A stretch of DNA of 64,000 nucleotides from positions 108,500,001 to 108,564,000 of the forward strand of contig OZ024741.1 in the NCBI GenBank assembly GCA_964016885.1. The letters run 5' to 3'. Below, piece after piece: positions 37,057 through 50,913 of the stretch. Numbering within the stretch: position 1 is the stretch's first letter; each line of letters opens with the position of its first letter. Source of the DNA: Eledone cirrhosa (taxonomy: Eukaryota). The translations under genes were made by a program, and so were the position numbers. The notes below the pieces were generated by a model that was given only the letters and a program-made list of their open reading frames with translations, was not told where the DNA came from and did no database searches.

Positions 37057-37904
37057 CATATGTATATAATATATATATATATATAAATATAATATATATT
37101 ATATATATATATATATATATGAAATAAACGTGCTGCGGGGTTGCTAATGGGTTACATATGAATAAAGTTAGTCCTTCATCAGTGATCTTCCAACCATCAT
37201 TGGTATTTCATCGCTTTAAAGACAATATACCTCCGGTTGGTGCGAGCAACGGCTAAAAAAAGTCGTTGGGACACGTAAATAAAGGGGACACGAGTGTAAA
37301 CAAACAAAAATGGTGAAGCAACGAAAAGTGAGGAAGAAGGAGTCAAGTCCCAAATTTCTATGAATTTAAATTCGGTGAAATCGTGAACGAGAGAGAATAA
37401 AGACCATCAAACCTGGTTGGAATGTGAGCAAGGAAGGAATTCCGTACAGGTCTAACGGGAGGAAGAAGGGGTCTAATCTGTGTATTCAGTAAACATAAGT
37501 TCTGTGAAATGGTAGACGAGAGAGAGAAAAAAATGCCGACCGGCCTGGCCAAGCGTGCGAAAGAAAAGAATTACGCACAGGTCAAATGGAAGAAGGAAGA
37601 GGAGGAGAGGTAGTAACAGAGAGTGAGTGAGTGAAGGGTGAGGAAGAGGCTAACAGAGAGAGTGACTGTTAGAGAGGGTAAAGATACAGAGAAAGAGGAA
37701 GCAGTAAGAACGAAATCGACGGGTAACAGCAGGGGAAAAAATATGTGTAAATATGAAATAAACGCATGCGGGGTTGCTAATGGGTTACATATTTTTTCCC
37801 CTGCTGTTACCCGTCTATTTCGAAATGATTCATATGGCGTTATAATTGTTTCATTTTTGTAAAGATTTCATATGAATGAAATAGTTCTAGTTTTGTAGAA
37901 GTCA

Positions 37905-37966
<62 letters not shown>

Positions 37967-38823
37967 GTACATGCTTAATAAATTTTAACGTAATAATATT
38001 TCCTAAATGCGATGAATACTAAAAAGTAATTTGAAAAAGAAAGAAAAAAAAAACTTGCGTGAACCATTAAATAGAGATTTTCACTTATTACTGACAATTT
38101 TAGCAAAATTCTAGAATTAGACGTCACTGGTAATGAAAGAGTATTGCTAAAAGATTTCAAGTATTATCGCTATTAATGGCATGTTATTAGCAGCTAGCGT
38201 CATCAATTGGTGTGTTTCAGCGGAAATAAACAACAACAAACTTAATGGAGGAGACGTGCCAGTAAACGAGAAGAGAGCTGCTTGTTTTTTTTTTATTTTT
38301 GCATTTTATTTCTGGTTTTCCTTTCTTAAAGAGAGAACGGAAATTACGAATGCAGTATGGGACTTCCTGTCTGTTGAAATTACACAGGCATTTCACCTTT
38401 GAAACACTTCATAAGAACACACAGACAGTCGCAGACACAAACCCGTGTGCACGAACACACACATACACAGATGTATACAGTCACATATATACATGCACAC
38501 ACATATCTACACATATACATAAGACATCGTATTCGAGTATGGCTTGGTAGAATGCACCTATCTTTTGCGAAAGGTTTGGGTAGCCTTGCAAACAGAAACA
38601 TAGAAACACTCTCCGCGTTCCCTGCCGTCATAGAGCGGGATATCCTGCATGTGATAACTTGGAGCAGGGAAGCTTGCGCCGGTACTGTGCTTCTACTTTC
38701 TTTAACGATCCACGATAGATGAAAGGCAAAGTTGACCTCGGTGGAATTTGAATTCAGAACCGGAACTAGTATCTAACGCTCTAACTATTTCGCGAATTTG
38801 AATACATTATATATTATGTATTA

Positions 38824-39014
38824 TAGGGCGGTGGATTGGCATTATCGGTAGAGGGTCGGACGCCATACTTTGCAGCAAAGAGTTACGGCCATTTATGGTC
38901 TGAGTTCAAATCCCGCTGAGGTTAACTTTGCCTTTCATGCTTATGGGGTCGATAAAATAAGTACCAGTAATACACTGGGTAATTGCTGGCCTTGTGCCAA
39001 AAGTAGAAACAATT
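38824..39014 (+). mobile_element. Full-length tRNA-derived SINE
   Basis: A/B boxes, core and tail; 14-bp TSD ATTATATATTATGT (38806-38819/39012-39025). Confidence 0.92.
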
Positions 39015-39074
39015 ATATATTATGTTCTTCTGGTTTTATTATTTTACATATTTTCACCAAGAGAGAGAGAGGGG

Positions 39075-39111
<37 letters not shown>

Positions 39112-39142
39112 AGTGTAATTTTCTACACAAAACGAAGGTTAT

Positions 39143-39567
39143 AGAGAAAATTGAGGTTGGTAATGGCACATGGAATATATAAGAGACAGAATACTTTTTT
39201 GTGAAAAAACATAATTTTATAAGGTAAGGAAATAATAAAGGGTATAAAAAATGACCGGTTTCGATGGGTCTGCAAAAGCCATCTTTTCAAATGTTGATTA
39301 ATATTAAGAAAAATTAATAATACGAAGAGTTAAAATTTGAGACTTGAAAATTCAAGTATAAAATTCATTGTGGGATTTCATAGCAGTTTTCATCTAGGTA
39401 GCAACAACAGGTTGACTGCTGTGTCCCTTTCTGGTAGTGAATGAGAAGTTATTTGGGGTGTGGGTTATTTTATAAAGGTCAGATTTAGCAATAGCCAGCT
39501 GCTGGTCAGTGAGGGGGTGGAAGCAATATACACACACATACCTTCATCCACACATACATACACATAC

Positions 39568-39614
<47 letters not shown>

Positions 39615-39675
39615 CACACATACATACACACACACATACATATACATACACACACACACACACATATATACACAT

Positions 39676-39740
<65 letters not shown>

Positions 39741-39779
39741 TATATATACATACACATACATCCAGATACACACATACAT

Positions 39780-39865
<86 letters not shown>

Positions 39866-39921
39866 CCCCACACATACATACACACACACATATATATATA
39901 TACATACACACATACAAACAT

Positions 39922-39952
<31 letters not shown>

Positions 39953-40085
39953 CACACATACACACACATATATATACACACACACACACACACACATGCA
40001 TATATATATATATATACACATACGCATACATCCAGATGTATATGTATGTGTATGTATGTGTGGATATACATATACATATATATAC

Positions 40086-40135
<50 letters not shown>

Positions 40136-40555
40136 GTATGTGTATGTATGTGTGGATGAAGGTATGTGTGTGTATATTGCTTCCACCCCCTCACTGACCA
40201 GCAGCTGGCTATTGCTAAATCTGACCTTTATAAAATAACCCACACCCCAAATAACTTCTCATTCACTACCAGAAAGGGACACAGCAGTCAACCTGTTGTT
40301 GCTACCTAGATGAAAACTGCTATGAAATCCCACAATGAATTTTATACTTGAATTTTCAAGTCTCAAATTTTAACTCTTCGTATTATTAATTTTTCTTAAT
40401 ATTAATCAACATTTGAAAAGATGGCTTTTGCAGACCCATCGAAACCGGTCATTTTTTATACCCTTTATTATTTCCTTACCTTATAAAATTATGTTTTTTC
40501 ACAAAAAAGTATTCTGTCTCTTATATATTCCATGTGCCATTACCAACCTCAATTT

Positions 40556-40560
<5 letters not shown>
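39143..40560. repeat. Long inverted repeat (~430-bp arms) with a (CA/TA)n spacer and a variant hammerhead motif in each arm
   Basis: 39143-39575 is the reverse complement of ~40128-40560 with no differences noticed; UUGAAAA-GAUGG..CCAUC-GAAA-CCGG-UC at 40413-40450. Confidence 0.92.
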
Positions 40561-40623
<63 letters not shown>

Positions 40624-41272
40624 AACGGTTTCTAACATAGAAACAAGAGTCTTGGAATTTAGATAGAATCAACTAGGTAAACAGTTATGTATATCTGTAT
40701 ATGTTTGTGTTCGTGCATTCAGGTACGGATATATTTGTTTGTATGGACTGGTATGTTTTGAGTTATACGTGTACCCGTGTATATGTCTCTGTATCTATAC
40801 ATATGTGTATACAGCTATGACATACTGAATTTCTGAAATGTTTTACATATTGTTACAGTTCCATTAAGGAAATATACTTGCTCCTTTCTAACTAGCCATG
40901 CTTCCTCTGGTTCAGTGAAACTCAGCTTCTGAGGATCTGTACTGAGGCAATTAGTATCTAAGAGTTCAATGGAACAAATATTCATATCTAAACGTTTAGA
41001 CAAGGTGGAGTGCCTGCAGATTCCTCATGGTTCATCATATATGCATGTATTATGCATATATGTATGTGTGAATGTGTGTGTGTGTGTGTGTGTGTGTATA
41101 TAATGAATTGTGGTACTAAACTTGTATATAATACTGTTAAGTCAAATAAAATACTAAATACTGTTAGGTATAGTTGAATAAAATTAGCTGAAAGCTGATT
41201 CTATGGGGGTCTCTAGTTGAAGATCCTAGTTTCCGATTTTCAAATAGCAGCAGCAATAGCAGCAACAGCAAC

Positions 41273-41330
<58 letters not shown>

Positions 41331-41784
41331 AGTATGTATGTAATTTGTATCCCATAATACCAAAATTATTAGAAGCTAGAATGAAGTTAATTTACATTTT
41401 TCAACACTGATTGTAGGCATGTATAAAAAAAAGTCGAGACACCAATTTAACGCTCCTTTTCATTCGTGATTTCTGGACGGTTGCCATTCTCACGATTTCG
41501 CTGGTGATCTAAAGAAAGTAATCAATGCGTTAATTAATTTGTTAATTGAAATTTAACGATGGTAAAACACCAGATAAACTAATTTAGTAAATTTTCTCGA
41601 ATATATTCACTCATATGTGACATGTTGTCAGGTATAAATTTGAACACAGACACACATATATTGAGAATACTTCACACACCTATATGTATAAACACACAAA
41701 TATATACCTACCTACCTACCTACCTACCTACCCACCTACATACATACATACATACATACATACATACATACATACATACATACA

Positions 41785-42206
41785 TGGTGGCTGCCAACTC
41801 GTTTTCGAGTACGGCCACTACTTTATATCCATGTAGGAGAACCCGTACCGATGCGCTGAACGAGTGTGACTTTTTAGTCCAGCCAGCGACTTGAACACTC
41901 TGGTACAAACACTACACTTGTGACAATTATTGACACATAGTGCTGGGCCCATGGTACCATGTGACGACAAGTGCAGATAGATCTCCAGATATAAAGCAAT
42001 GCCTGTGCCGTGAAGCTTTTATAGTGAGCAAAGGCACTGCACAAAGCCAGTCCCACTCTCTTAACCAATATTATATTTAGCAAAAAGAAGAACAAGTCAA
42101 CATCATTGGATACCACTAGAGTTGCAGGTGTTATATCAGAGTTTTTCCATCTCCTAGAAGTCTGCCTTGACAAAGGCTAAGGGTCATCTCTCCCGATGAT
42201 TTTGGA
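41785..42206 (-). mobile_element. 5'-truncated non-autonomous retroelement flanked by (ATGT)n
   Basis: Reverse complement of ~50490-50913; (TACA)n on both sides. Confidence 0.8.
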
Positions 42207-42216
42207 TACATACATA

Positions 42217-42748
42217 CATGATGGTTGCAACTCGATTTCGAGTAATGTCATCGCATGATACTTAAGAATCAGCATCACGAAAGTGGCTTTTTAGTCCTGC
42301 TAGGAACCTACCTATGGCCAGCAATGATGCATCGCAAAGAAATGTCACATATCAAGCGAAGCTTTTTTAAGGGAGGAAAGGCTTTGCACAGATTCAGTCC
42401 TTCTCTCTGAACATCAAATGCATTTACCCCAAACGAAGGACTGCTCTACCTCTTTGGATGCAAACGAAGTCGCAGGCCTTATATCAGAGTGACTTTCTCC
42501 TAGAGAGATGTCTTAATAAAGACTACGAGTCTCACGCACCACAAAAAAATATATTTATTGGGTGGTCGTTGACCCTCTTGAGTACCCCCGTCCTTTGACG
42601 TGTTTTGATGTTCATCCCGCAGGGTGTCTAAAATCAAACTCGTCACCAAACAAGCTTGGTGCGGTTGCCGGGTTAGTCGCCGACGAACCAACCATGCACA
42701 GATTGTACTGGCTTACATGTTGCTAGTAGCACTGAAGAGCGACCTGAC
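42217..42748 (-). mobile_element. Diverged full-length relative of the (ATGT)n element, in tandem with the previous copy
   Basis: 5' end GTCAGGTCGC..GTGCTACT..AACATGTA..CCAGTACA..GGCGACTAA aligns with 50306 onward; 3' end CTCGAAATCGAGTTGCAACCA resembles CTCGAAAACGAGTTGACAGCCA. Confidence 0.7.
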
Positions 42749-43748
42749 ATACGTACATACATACATAAACAATAACACAAGGTGAATTAATTAATTCATT
42801 AATTTAAGATTGCTTTAAAAGCAAAATTATCTAAGAGCAGACCAATCGATGGGAGTTGTGAAGCTCCATACCTCACAAAAGCACATCAATTCTTCTACGT
42901 ATCCTACCTCACAATCGAATTCTAGAATGGCTATATACACAAATCTGCTGAGGTAGAACACTAACGTATATATATATATATATAATATCCAGGTGATCTT
43001 GAAGAATTTAAGATAATTTTTATTTGTTTTAGGCGTGATTCAACAACTAAAACGTGAAGCTATATGGTAAATAGAAAAAAATCCTTAGGCTGCATTATTG
43101 TATGTAGGAGTAACTCCAAATACTAAATTATGAGTATAAAACCGAATAACCCACATAAACATCTCATGTTATATATCAGAGATGTTGAAAAGTCACCTGA
43201 ATTCTAAAATAGCGTTTGTCTCATAATGATATAGTGATGCATGCGTGTTCTTTTTAAGAAGATTTCTCTCATAATTTAAGTAATACGATCTTCCAACCAA
43301 TTACCTCATTAAAATATATTGGATCTTGGAACGCCAAATGATAACAATATATCAATAAAAGCATGCCATAAATTATCGAAGAACTTGAATTCACCATTGA
43401 GGAAGTTTAGGAAGATATGACTCGTTTAGCAGCTGTTCAACCTATCTTGTTGTATGGCTAGAGACTAATAAAGACCGATTATACTCCCACATGTTACAAA
43501 TGTTTCTTAACATGACATGGAAAGCCGTACCACCAATACAGGTCTTTATGATGGTTAGTAAAGTTTATCTGAAATAGTGTCAAATCTTGTTTTATAACAG
43601 TCAATACATGGTTTCATTAACCGTGAGAAACGAAACACTTATTTTATTGGCATATGTGAAAAGACTACAGAAATATAGTGATGGTGAATCGTGGCATATG
43701 GTATGTTTGCTTCCTTGGTTCGATCGGGAAATTGGCTGCATTGAGATT

Positions 43749-43807
<59 letters not shown>

Positions 43808-44075
43808 GAGAGAGTTTATATATATATACATTGGTATAAAAACTCTCTGGGCAGTCTCCCTTGATCAAACCTATGTTCTTCCTCGGCCTTCCAATTCCAT
43901 CTTTCTCATAACATTAGTCTTTCCCAATGAAGTACTTAAGTCCTAAAGGTTGAAACATTCCCGTCCTTTTCCCCAACAAACGTACAACCAATAACACCGT
44001 AATTGAATTCCTTTTTTATTTTGAATAGGAAACATATATATGGGAGGTTTATGTGTGCATATATGTGGGAGATCT

Positions 44076-44235
44076 AGGCGGCGAATAGGCAGAGTTGAAG
44101 AACGTCGGATAGAAAGCTTTATGTTATTCGTACCGTCTCTCTGCTCTCTGAGTTCAAATCCCACTGCTGTTAACTTTGCCTTTCATTCTTTCGAAGTCGA
44201 TAAAATAAGTACCATTCTAGTACTCGGGTCGATTC
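44076..44235 (+). mobile_element. Old SINE copy (5' part)
   Basis: GAGTTCAAATCCC B box and GTTAACTTTGCCTTTCAT..GTCGATAAAATAAGTACC core. Confidence 0.75.
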
Positions 44236-45325
44236 TTCCTGCTTCTGGAAGAAATATGCTGTACTCAGGCCTGGAGAGGGATGCGCTCCGCCAGGCTGAA
44301 AATGCCCAAGAAACGCCTTATGTCAATATGGCGCCCCTACGACTCTATTAGGACTTGCAGGACCATACGTACATGTGTGCGTGTATGTATAAATGAGTAT
44401 GTATGTATGTGCGTGTGTGTATAGCTGACAAGGCTCTCTAGTGAGGAGTTTCCTTCAACGTCACATGTTTCTGCATTCCATCCCGCAACGAGGTATCATA
44501 TACCGATGACATCTGTTGTTCCCATTGGTGGATAAATGTCATTTAATGGAAATTGGTAGAGGGGAAACTGAGGGTTGTTTGGTCAGTTCCGCTATCCGGG
44601 GATGGACGGGCAATGATGGGTTCATTAATTTATGGCGCCCGCTTTCCTAAAAAGAAATCTCTGACCGCTTGAATGTTGAGAGGAAACCCACAACTCAACA
44701 CTGGGCCCAAAAGCTATCTTCTACTGCCATGAACATTTTCTCACGAATGTCTGTGGCCCCCAGTCTGGCGTTTCCAAATGTATTGCTGAGTGTCGGCAAA
44801 TTCCATGAGTTATATTCAACATTTCAAGTATTTAAACAAATGTACACTCACGTAGTTTGGTATCTATTTTCCTTCAAGTATACGCATTTTCCTCTTTTGG
44901 TTGCTATTCTCATTATATAATAACCTGAGAAGGCAGTAATTGTCGTAGAATATCCACATGAATGTTCATTTAAATAGAAGGGGCTTTTAGTAATGAAAAG
45001 GTTCGCAGACATAAAAGAAAAGAAAATTCTTTAGATGCATACCTTCTTCTGGTCATACGAAACAATCACAAACATCACCACATTCCCACAATTATTTTAA
45101 TACCAAAATCATAACATTGACATCACCACCAGCAGCAACACCATCACAACCACAAACAGCAGCAACATCAATATTATCAAAAATACCACCAACAAGAACA
45201 TTGCCACTAACACTACCAAGAGCAGTAGTTCCAACACCACCACCCCAAGCTAAATGATCAGCAGCACCAACACGACCACCACCAACACTGCAATCATCAA
45301 CACCAACGCCACCACTACCACTATT

Positions 45326-45364
<39 letters not shown>

Positions 45365-45959
45365 CCATCACCATGGTAACCATTACCATGACAATTTACT
45401 GCTACCCTTACTACATAGAGTCACTACCACTGACACCATTACGTCGCTCACACACCTCTACGCTAACAAAGAGTAACATTATCATGGTTGCCAATTCGTT
45501 TAACCGCAATTTCTTTGCTAAAATTATAAACATTTCAACGATATTAATGGTGATTAATCTGACATACTGTCCTCATTAACGCCAACAGAACCAACACAAC
45601 CACCACAACTACTACCATCATAATTGCTATCACCATAACTTGTACTACAGCGAGCTCGAGCGGTTTCAGCTTTTAATCTTTCCAAGCCTTTTCAGGGCAC
45701 TGTCTCTATTTGAAGAAATAGAAAATAAGTTTTGCATATATATACATTTATGGATGATAATGTTACATTGTAGCTTTATAAGAATATAAAAATATCATTT
45801 GCTGATGGGGTGACTTCAATCATATAATAAAAGTGTTACATATTTTCTGTATCACGGTTGTCTGGTATTTTATTTTCAACATCTGGATGATCAACTGTTA
45901 GCTTCGGCGAAACACGAGTACAAGTCAACCGTGATAAATCGTATGTATATATAAGTGAA

Positions 45960-46280
45960 TATATTAGTGGTTAAAAGGTTGGTTTCTCAATTGTGGAATG
46001 GCGTTCGATTCCTGGATGGGTCGATGCGTTGAGTCTTTGAATACGACTCTTTATTTCATGCGGCTCCAGTTCATTCAGTTGTAGGAATGAGTTGCGGCGT
46101 CATTGGTACCAAGCTGTATCGGCGTTTGTATTTCCTTTGGACAAAATCGGTAGCGTAGAGAAGGGAGATTGGTATATATGGCCGAGTGCTGATCTTCCAC
46201 AAAAACACATCCTGGTTTGTGTATCGTAGAGCAAATTTCCAGGTGCAAAACTCATGGTCATTCGTAACCGAACGGGGTCT
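45960..46280 (+). mobile_element. Old tRNA-derived SINE of the second family
   Basis: AGTGGTTAA A-box part, GTTCGATTCC B box, GCTCCAGTTCATTCAG core. Confidence 0.6.
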
Positions 46281-46299
46281 ATACTTTTTGCCTTTTTAT

Positions 46300-46342
<43 letters not shown>

Positions 46343-46378
46343 AAATAAAAAAAACAAGGCGAGCAGTTACTCCTTCAT

Positions 46379-46428
<50 letters not shown>

Positions 46429-48030
46429 TATTGTTATGCACGGACGTTTTTATATATATATATGTGTGTGTGTATATATGTGTGTGTCTGTGTGTGTGTG
46501 TGTGAGTGTGTCCATAATGATTGTTCCTTCTTGTTCATCAAACCACTTGGATTAAGACTAAATGATATGAAAGGTCAAATGAAGTGAAGTTAGGTGGGAT
46601 CAGTTAAGATGGGTATCAGGTGAGATCAGGCGCGATCAGGTGATGTCAGATAAGGTCACGTGATATACTCCACAGATTTTAAAAAGATTAGTTGGGAACA
46701 TAGATATTTCTTAATTTATTATTTATGTAGTTTTGTTTGTGTTGGTTTCTTACGGCAGCTGGTTGGGAGCCGTTGGAAACATCACTTTACTGGTAGCGCC
46801 ATCTGTAACAGCTACTACTGTGCTGCTGCTAACACTACTACTACTACTACTACTAAAGGGATGACACAAGTTCATAAATACATACGTACGTACCTACATA
46901 AACACACACATAGATACATACATACATGCATACATGCATGCATACATACATTCTACTATTACTACTACTACCACTACTAATACTAATATTACTACATACA
47001 TGCATGTATGTATGTATCTGTGTGTCTGTATTTGTGTAGGGCCGTGCGTTTGTATTTATAAACTTGTTTGTGTCTTCTCTTTTACCCTTTAACTCGTTTC
47101 AGCCGACGGCTTGGGGTCACGCAGACCCCCCCACACACACACACACACTCCAATTTGCTATACTTAGTGTAGCTTATATTCCTTAGGTGGCCTTTGGTAT
47201 ATGAGGGAACTTGACATTGCCGCCTAGATTTATTTTTATTGCCTTGGTTTAGGCTCATCTAGGATCTAGGGCGATTAAAAAATAACAACATCCATATCTA
47301 TACTATGTATAACTCCTAGCTATTTTCAACAGCATATTAAAGAGCTGAAGGACATTGAAACACAATATATTTGCAGTATCTGCTCCTTAATATAGATGTT
47401 GAGAGAGGGACCTATGGTCCAGCGCAGTGACATCCTGTTCGGTTGTTCAACCCTGAATGTTAAAGTTGGTTGCTACCCCGTCTACAATCATCCATACATA
47501 TATGTCTATTCGCCAAGGAATAGCCTTATATTTTATTTAGCATCTAACAATAGCTCTTCTTTTTAACTGAAGTAATTGTCTTGGTGTAGCATCCTTTGGA
47601 AATCTCTGGGGGCGGTTCTGGTAAGTAAGAGAGATAAAGAGTAATGGATGAGATTTAAAGTATTTAATGTGAAATATTTTATATAAAGTTTCGGCTGTTA
47701 CACGTTTGTATTTTACTGATTGATTTCTGTAACCTTAAAGTCTAAAACCTAACTAATTAACTCATTAATTTTAATTCAGTCACACATCGATTTCAGATGA
47801 TCACGTTATAGTTAAGTTTAAAACTTTAATTTAATATTCCTGTCTGACAACCTTCATTTGTTAGTTCCGAATGAGCTCAGGCATGTCTACATGAATGAAA
47901 ATTTTGCTTAAAGACCATCTAGTGTCAGGTTTAAATTGCAACGCGTGACACACTGGAATGTTGTGTTTTACCTTGGCGAGTTAGTCAATATCTTATAAGT
48001 GAAATTTGATAGACGGTAAATTTACCCGTC

Positions 48031-48071
<41 letters not shown>

Positions 48072-48133
48072 GTGCTTTATATCAGTTATAAAAATATTTG
48101 CTTGTTGTATCCCAACAATTTAAATAGAACTTT

Positions 48134-48174
<41 letters not shown>

Positions 48175-48182
<8 letters not shown>

Positions 48183-48867
48183 TAAAATAACAGATTAAAG
48201 TTTAAGCAAAGAATCGCTGCTTTCACCCTTAACGGGATCTTCTGAAACTAACAAAGTCAATCTGTAAACGCAGAGCTGGATATTTAAAAAAACGTTGCAA
48301 CCGGAGGAAGACAGGAAGACGATACTTTGGTTCGTGGAAACGTTCGCTGGCAAAGAACGGGAAAAAACGAATAATACGTCATTAATAGGAGCGGTGAAAA
48401 ACAATTACGCGCAAAGACAGAACCACGTTTAGGTATAAAAGAGGTCGTAGACTAATGTTCTCTTAGGTGGTGCATAGAGACGTTCTCTGGCAATGAACGA
48501 AAAAACGAAGATAATACGTCATATGTGGAGCGTGGAGAACAATGCACGCAAAGACAAAACCACGTAAATGGTATAGCAGAAGTGAAGTCGTAGACTAAAA
48601 TTCTAACTAGGAGACCAAATGAAGTCCGCTACAGAGTTAAGAACAAAGTAAATAAATACAATACAGAAGTAATAGAAATAAATAAATACATACACGCAAA
48701 CAAATACGTACATACACAAGCATACGCAAAACCTTACCATAGGTATACAACCACGCACATATAAATATGTGTGTGTGTGTGTATGCTTGTGTACTTTCAG
48801 AAGATCCCGTTAAGTGTGAAAGCAGCGATTCTTTGCTTAAACTTTAATCTGTTATTTTAATAAATAT
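48175..48867. repeat. Inverted repeat (~73-bp arms) with a degenerate hammerhead-like motif and a ~140-bp internal tandem duplication
   Basis: 48175-48247 versus 48795-48867; motif CAGAAGA-UCCC..GGGU-GAAA; the outer extension is related to 59612-59665. Confidence 0.8.
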
Positions 48868-48955
48868 TTGCTCTACGGTTCTTATATATTTGATATATAT
48901 TTATCCTTATCGAGCCCTCTTTGGATTTTAGTCTTCAATTTTATTATTATTACTA

Positions 48956-48993
<38 letters not shown>

Positions 48994-49124
48994 GATAAAT
49001 CTACCAAGAGTTTACGGTAGTGTCCAATCCGTATGAAGAACTCAATGTAATCCGGATATCATGGAAAGAAGAGATGCAATGAAAAATCACTTTCGGTGAA
49101 AGATAAACGGAATACAGAGTCAAG

Positions 49125-49576
49125 ATAAAATATTTAAAAAATAATGAATAAAACAATGAAACAGTTCCTTATATTAAACAAAAAAAGTTCATTATTTAAC
49201 GATCGTTTCTAGGATATATATGTGTTAGAATTGGCATGCATATTCAACAGATCTATGTACAAAATTATACAAAATTATACAAACTATCAAAATTAAATAT
49301 ACATACCAACACATATATATGCCGTCTTCAGAAATAATAAAATATATTTATTAATATATTTCATTATTTCTGAAGACGGCATATATATGTGTTGGTATGT
49401 ATATTTAATTTTGATAGTTTGTATAATTTTGTATAATTTTGTACATAGATCTGTTGAATATGCATGCCAATTCTAACACATATATATCCTAGAAACGATC
49501 GTTAAATAATGAACTTTTTTTGTTTAATATAAGGAACTGTTTCATTGTTTTATTCATTATTTTTTTAATATTTTAT
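49125..49576. repeat. Near-perfect fold-back palindrome (~220-bp arms) with one hammerhead per arm
   Basis: Symmetry centre ~49350; hammerheads at 49188-49341 (-) and 49360-49513 (+). Confidence 0.93.
49360..49513 (+). ncRNA. Type-I hammerhead ribozyme with ~115-nt stem II
   Basis: UUCAUUAUUU-CUGAAGA-..AUAUAUAUGUGUU/AACACAUAUAUAU..-GAAA-CGAUCG-UU-AAAUAAUGAA; 10-bp perfect stem I, palindromic loop III. Confidence 0.85.
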
Positions 49577-49735
49577 ATATATATATATATATAAAGCCTG
49601 TTTAGCTTGTCTGGCCCTTATAACGTATGTTAATTGCTCTGGCTTCTTCCATTGAGCGTTTGCCGGAGTATCTCGAAAATTGAGTTTCGTTTTGTTTTGG
49701 CCGCTGCCGAAATACGATCTTGCTGAAATTATATT

Positions 49736-49772
<37 letters not shown>

Positions 49773-50305
49773 ACAGGGAGAAAGAGACGATTATTAGGAA
49801 GAAACATATATTTTCTTCCTTTTTTGTTTCTCTCTCTCTCTTTTCTGAGTTAGAAAATGATTAAAACGAAATGTTTTACTTTGTGTGAAGTGGTAAAGTA
49901 TTAGTTGATTTATTTATTATTTAACAATGGCATTTATTTATCTATTTATATATTTAATAATTGTCTATTATCGGTGTCAGCATTTTTATGCATTATCAAA
50001 TGATAGTGAAATGTATTAGTGTGGGGTCGCACATCTTAAAGAGAAGGTGCAGAAAGAATAATGTTATTTACAAACAAGGTTTATGAAGTAAAAAAAAAAA
50101 CGGGCATAATGTAGGGCATAAAAAGTCAATGTGGAAGAAAAAATAATTTTATTTACAGTCATAGTTCTTGAAGTTATGCAGATCAAAATGTGTTTATATA
50201 GCAAGAGTGTGTTATATATGTGTGTGTATGTATGTATGTATGTATGTATGTATGTATGTATGTATGTATGTATGTATGTATGTATGTATGTATGTATGTA
50301 TGTGT

Positions 50306-50913
50306 GTCAGGTCACCAGTTGGTGCTACTGGTAACATGTATCCCAGTACAACCTGTCTCATGGTCGGGTCGTTGGCGACTAAACTGGCAACCCCACCAAG
50401 GTTTCTTGGTAAGGAGGGTGACTTTGGACATCCTGCAGGACTAAAAACAAAACCTGTCAAAGGGCAAAGGAGCTCTTAAGAGTCAATGGCCATCCAAAAT
50501 CCCCGGGAGGGATGACCCTTAGCCTTTGTCAAGGCAGAATTCTAGGAGAAGGAAAACTCTGATATAACACCTGCAAGCCTGATTGTATCCAATGATGTTG
50601 ACTTGTTCTTCTTTTTGGTAAATATCATCTTGGTTAAGAGAGTGGGACTGGCTTTGTGCAGTGCCTTTGCTCACTATAAAAGCTTCACGGCACAGGCATT
50701 GCTTTATATCTGGAGATCTCTCTGCACTTGTCGTTACATGGTACAATGGGCCTAGCACTATGTGTCAATAATTGTCACAGGTGTAGTGTTTGTACCAGAG
50801 TTTTCAAGTCGCTGGCTGGACTAAAAAGTCACACTCGTTCAGCGTATCAGTAGGGGTTCTCCTACATGGATATAAAGTAGTGGCCGTACTCGAAAACGAG
50901 TTGACAGCCACCA
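50306..50913 (+). mobile_element. ~610-bp non-autonomous retroelement (RTE-like 5' region) within (ATGT)n
   Basis: Three related copies in the window; CTAGGAGAAGGAAAACTCTGA motif recalls RTE 5'UTRs; (TATG)n on both flanks; no ORF. Confidence 0.7.

Noticed and set aside
38824-38915. tRNA gene
   Set aside because: A/B boxes belong to the SINE head; no cloverleaf.
49870-49900. Possible chromodomain exon 2 (TACTTTGTGTGAAGTGG)
   Set aside because: Needs a frameshift, lacks KGW and suitable splice sites.
50306-50390. HDV-like or twister ribozyme at the element 5' end
   Set aside because: Could not assign P1/P1.1/P3 or twister core consistently.
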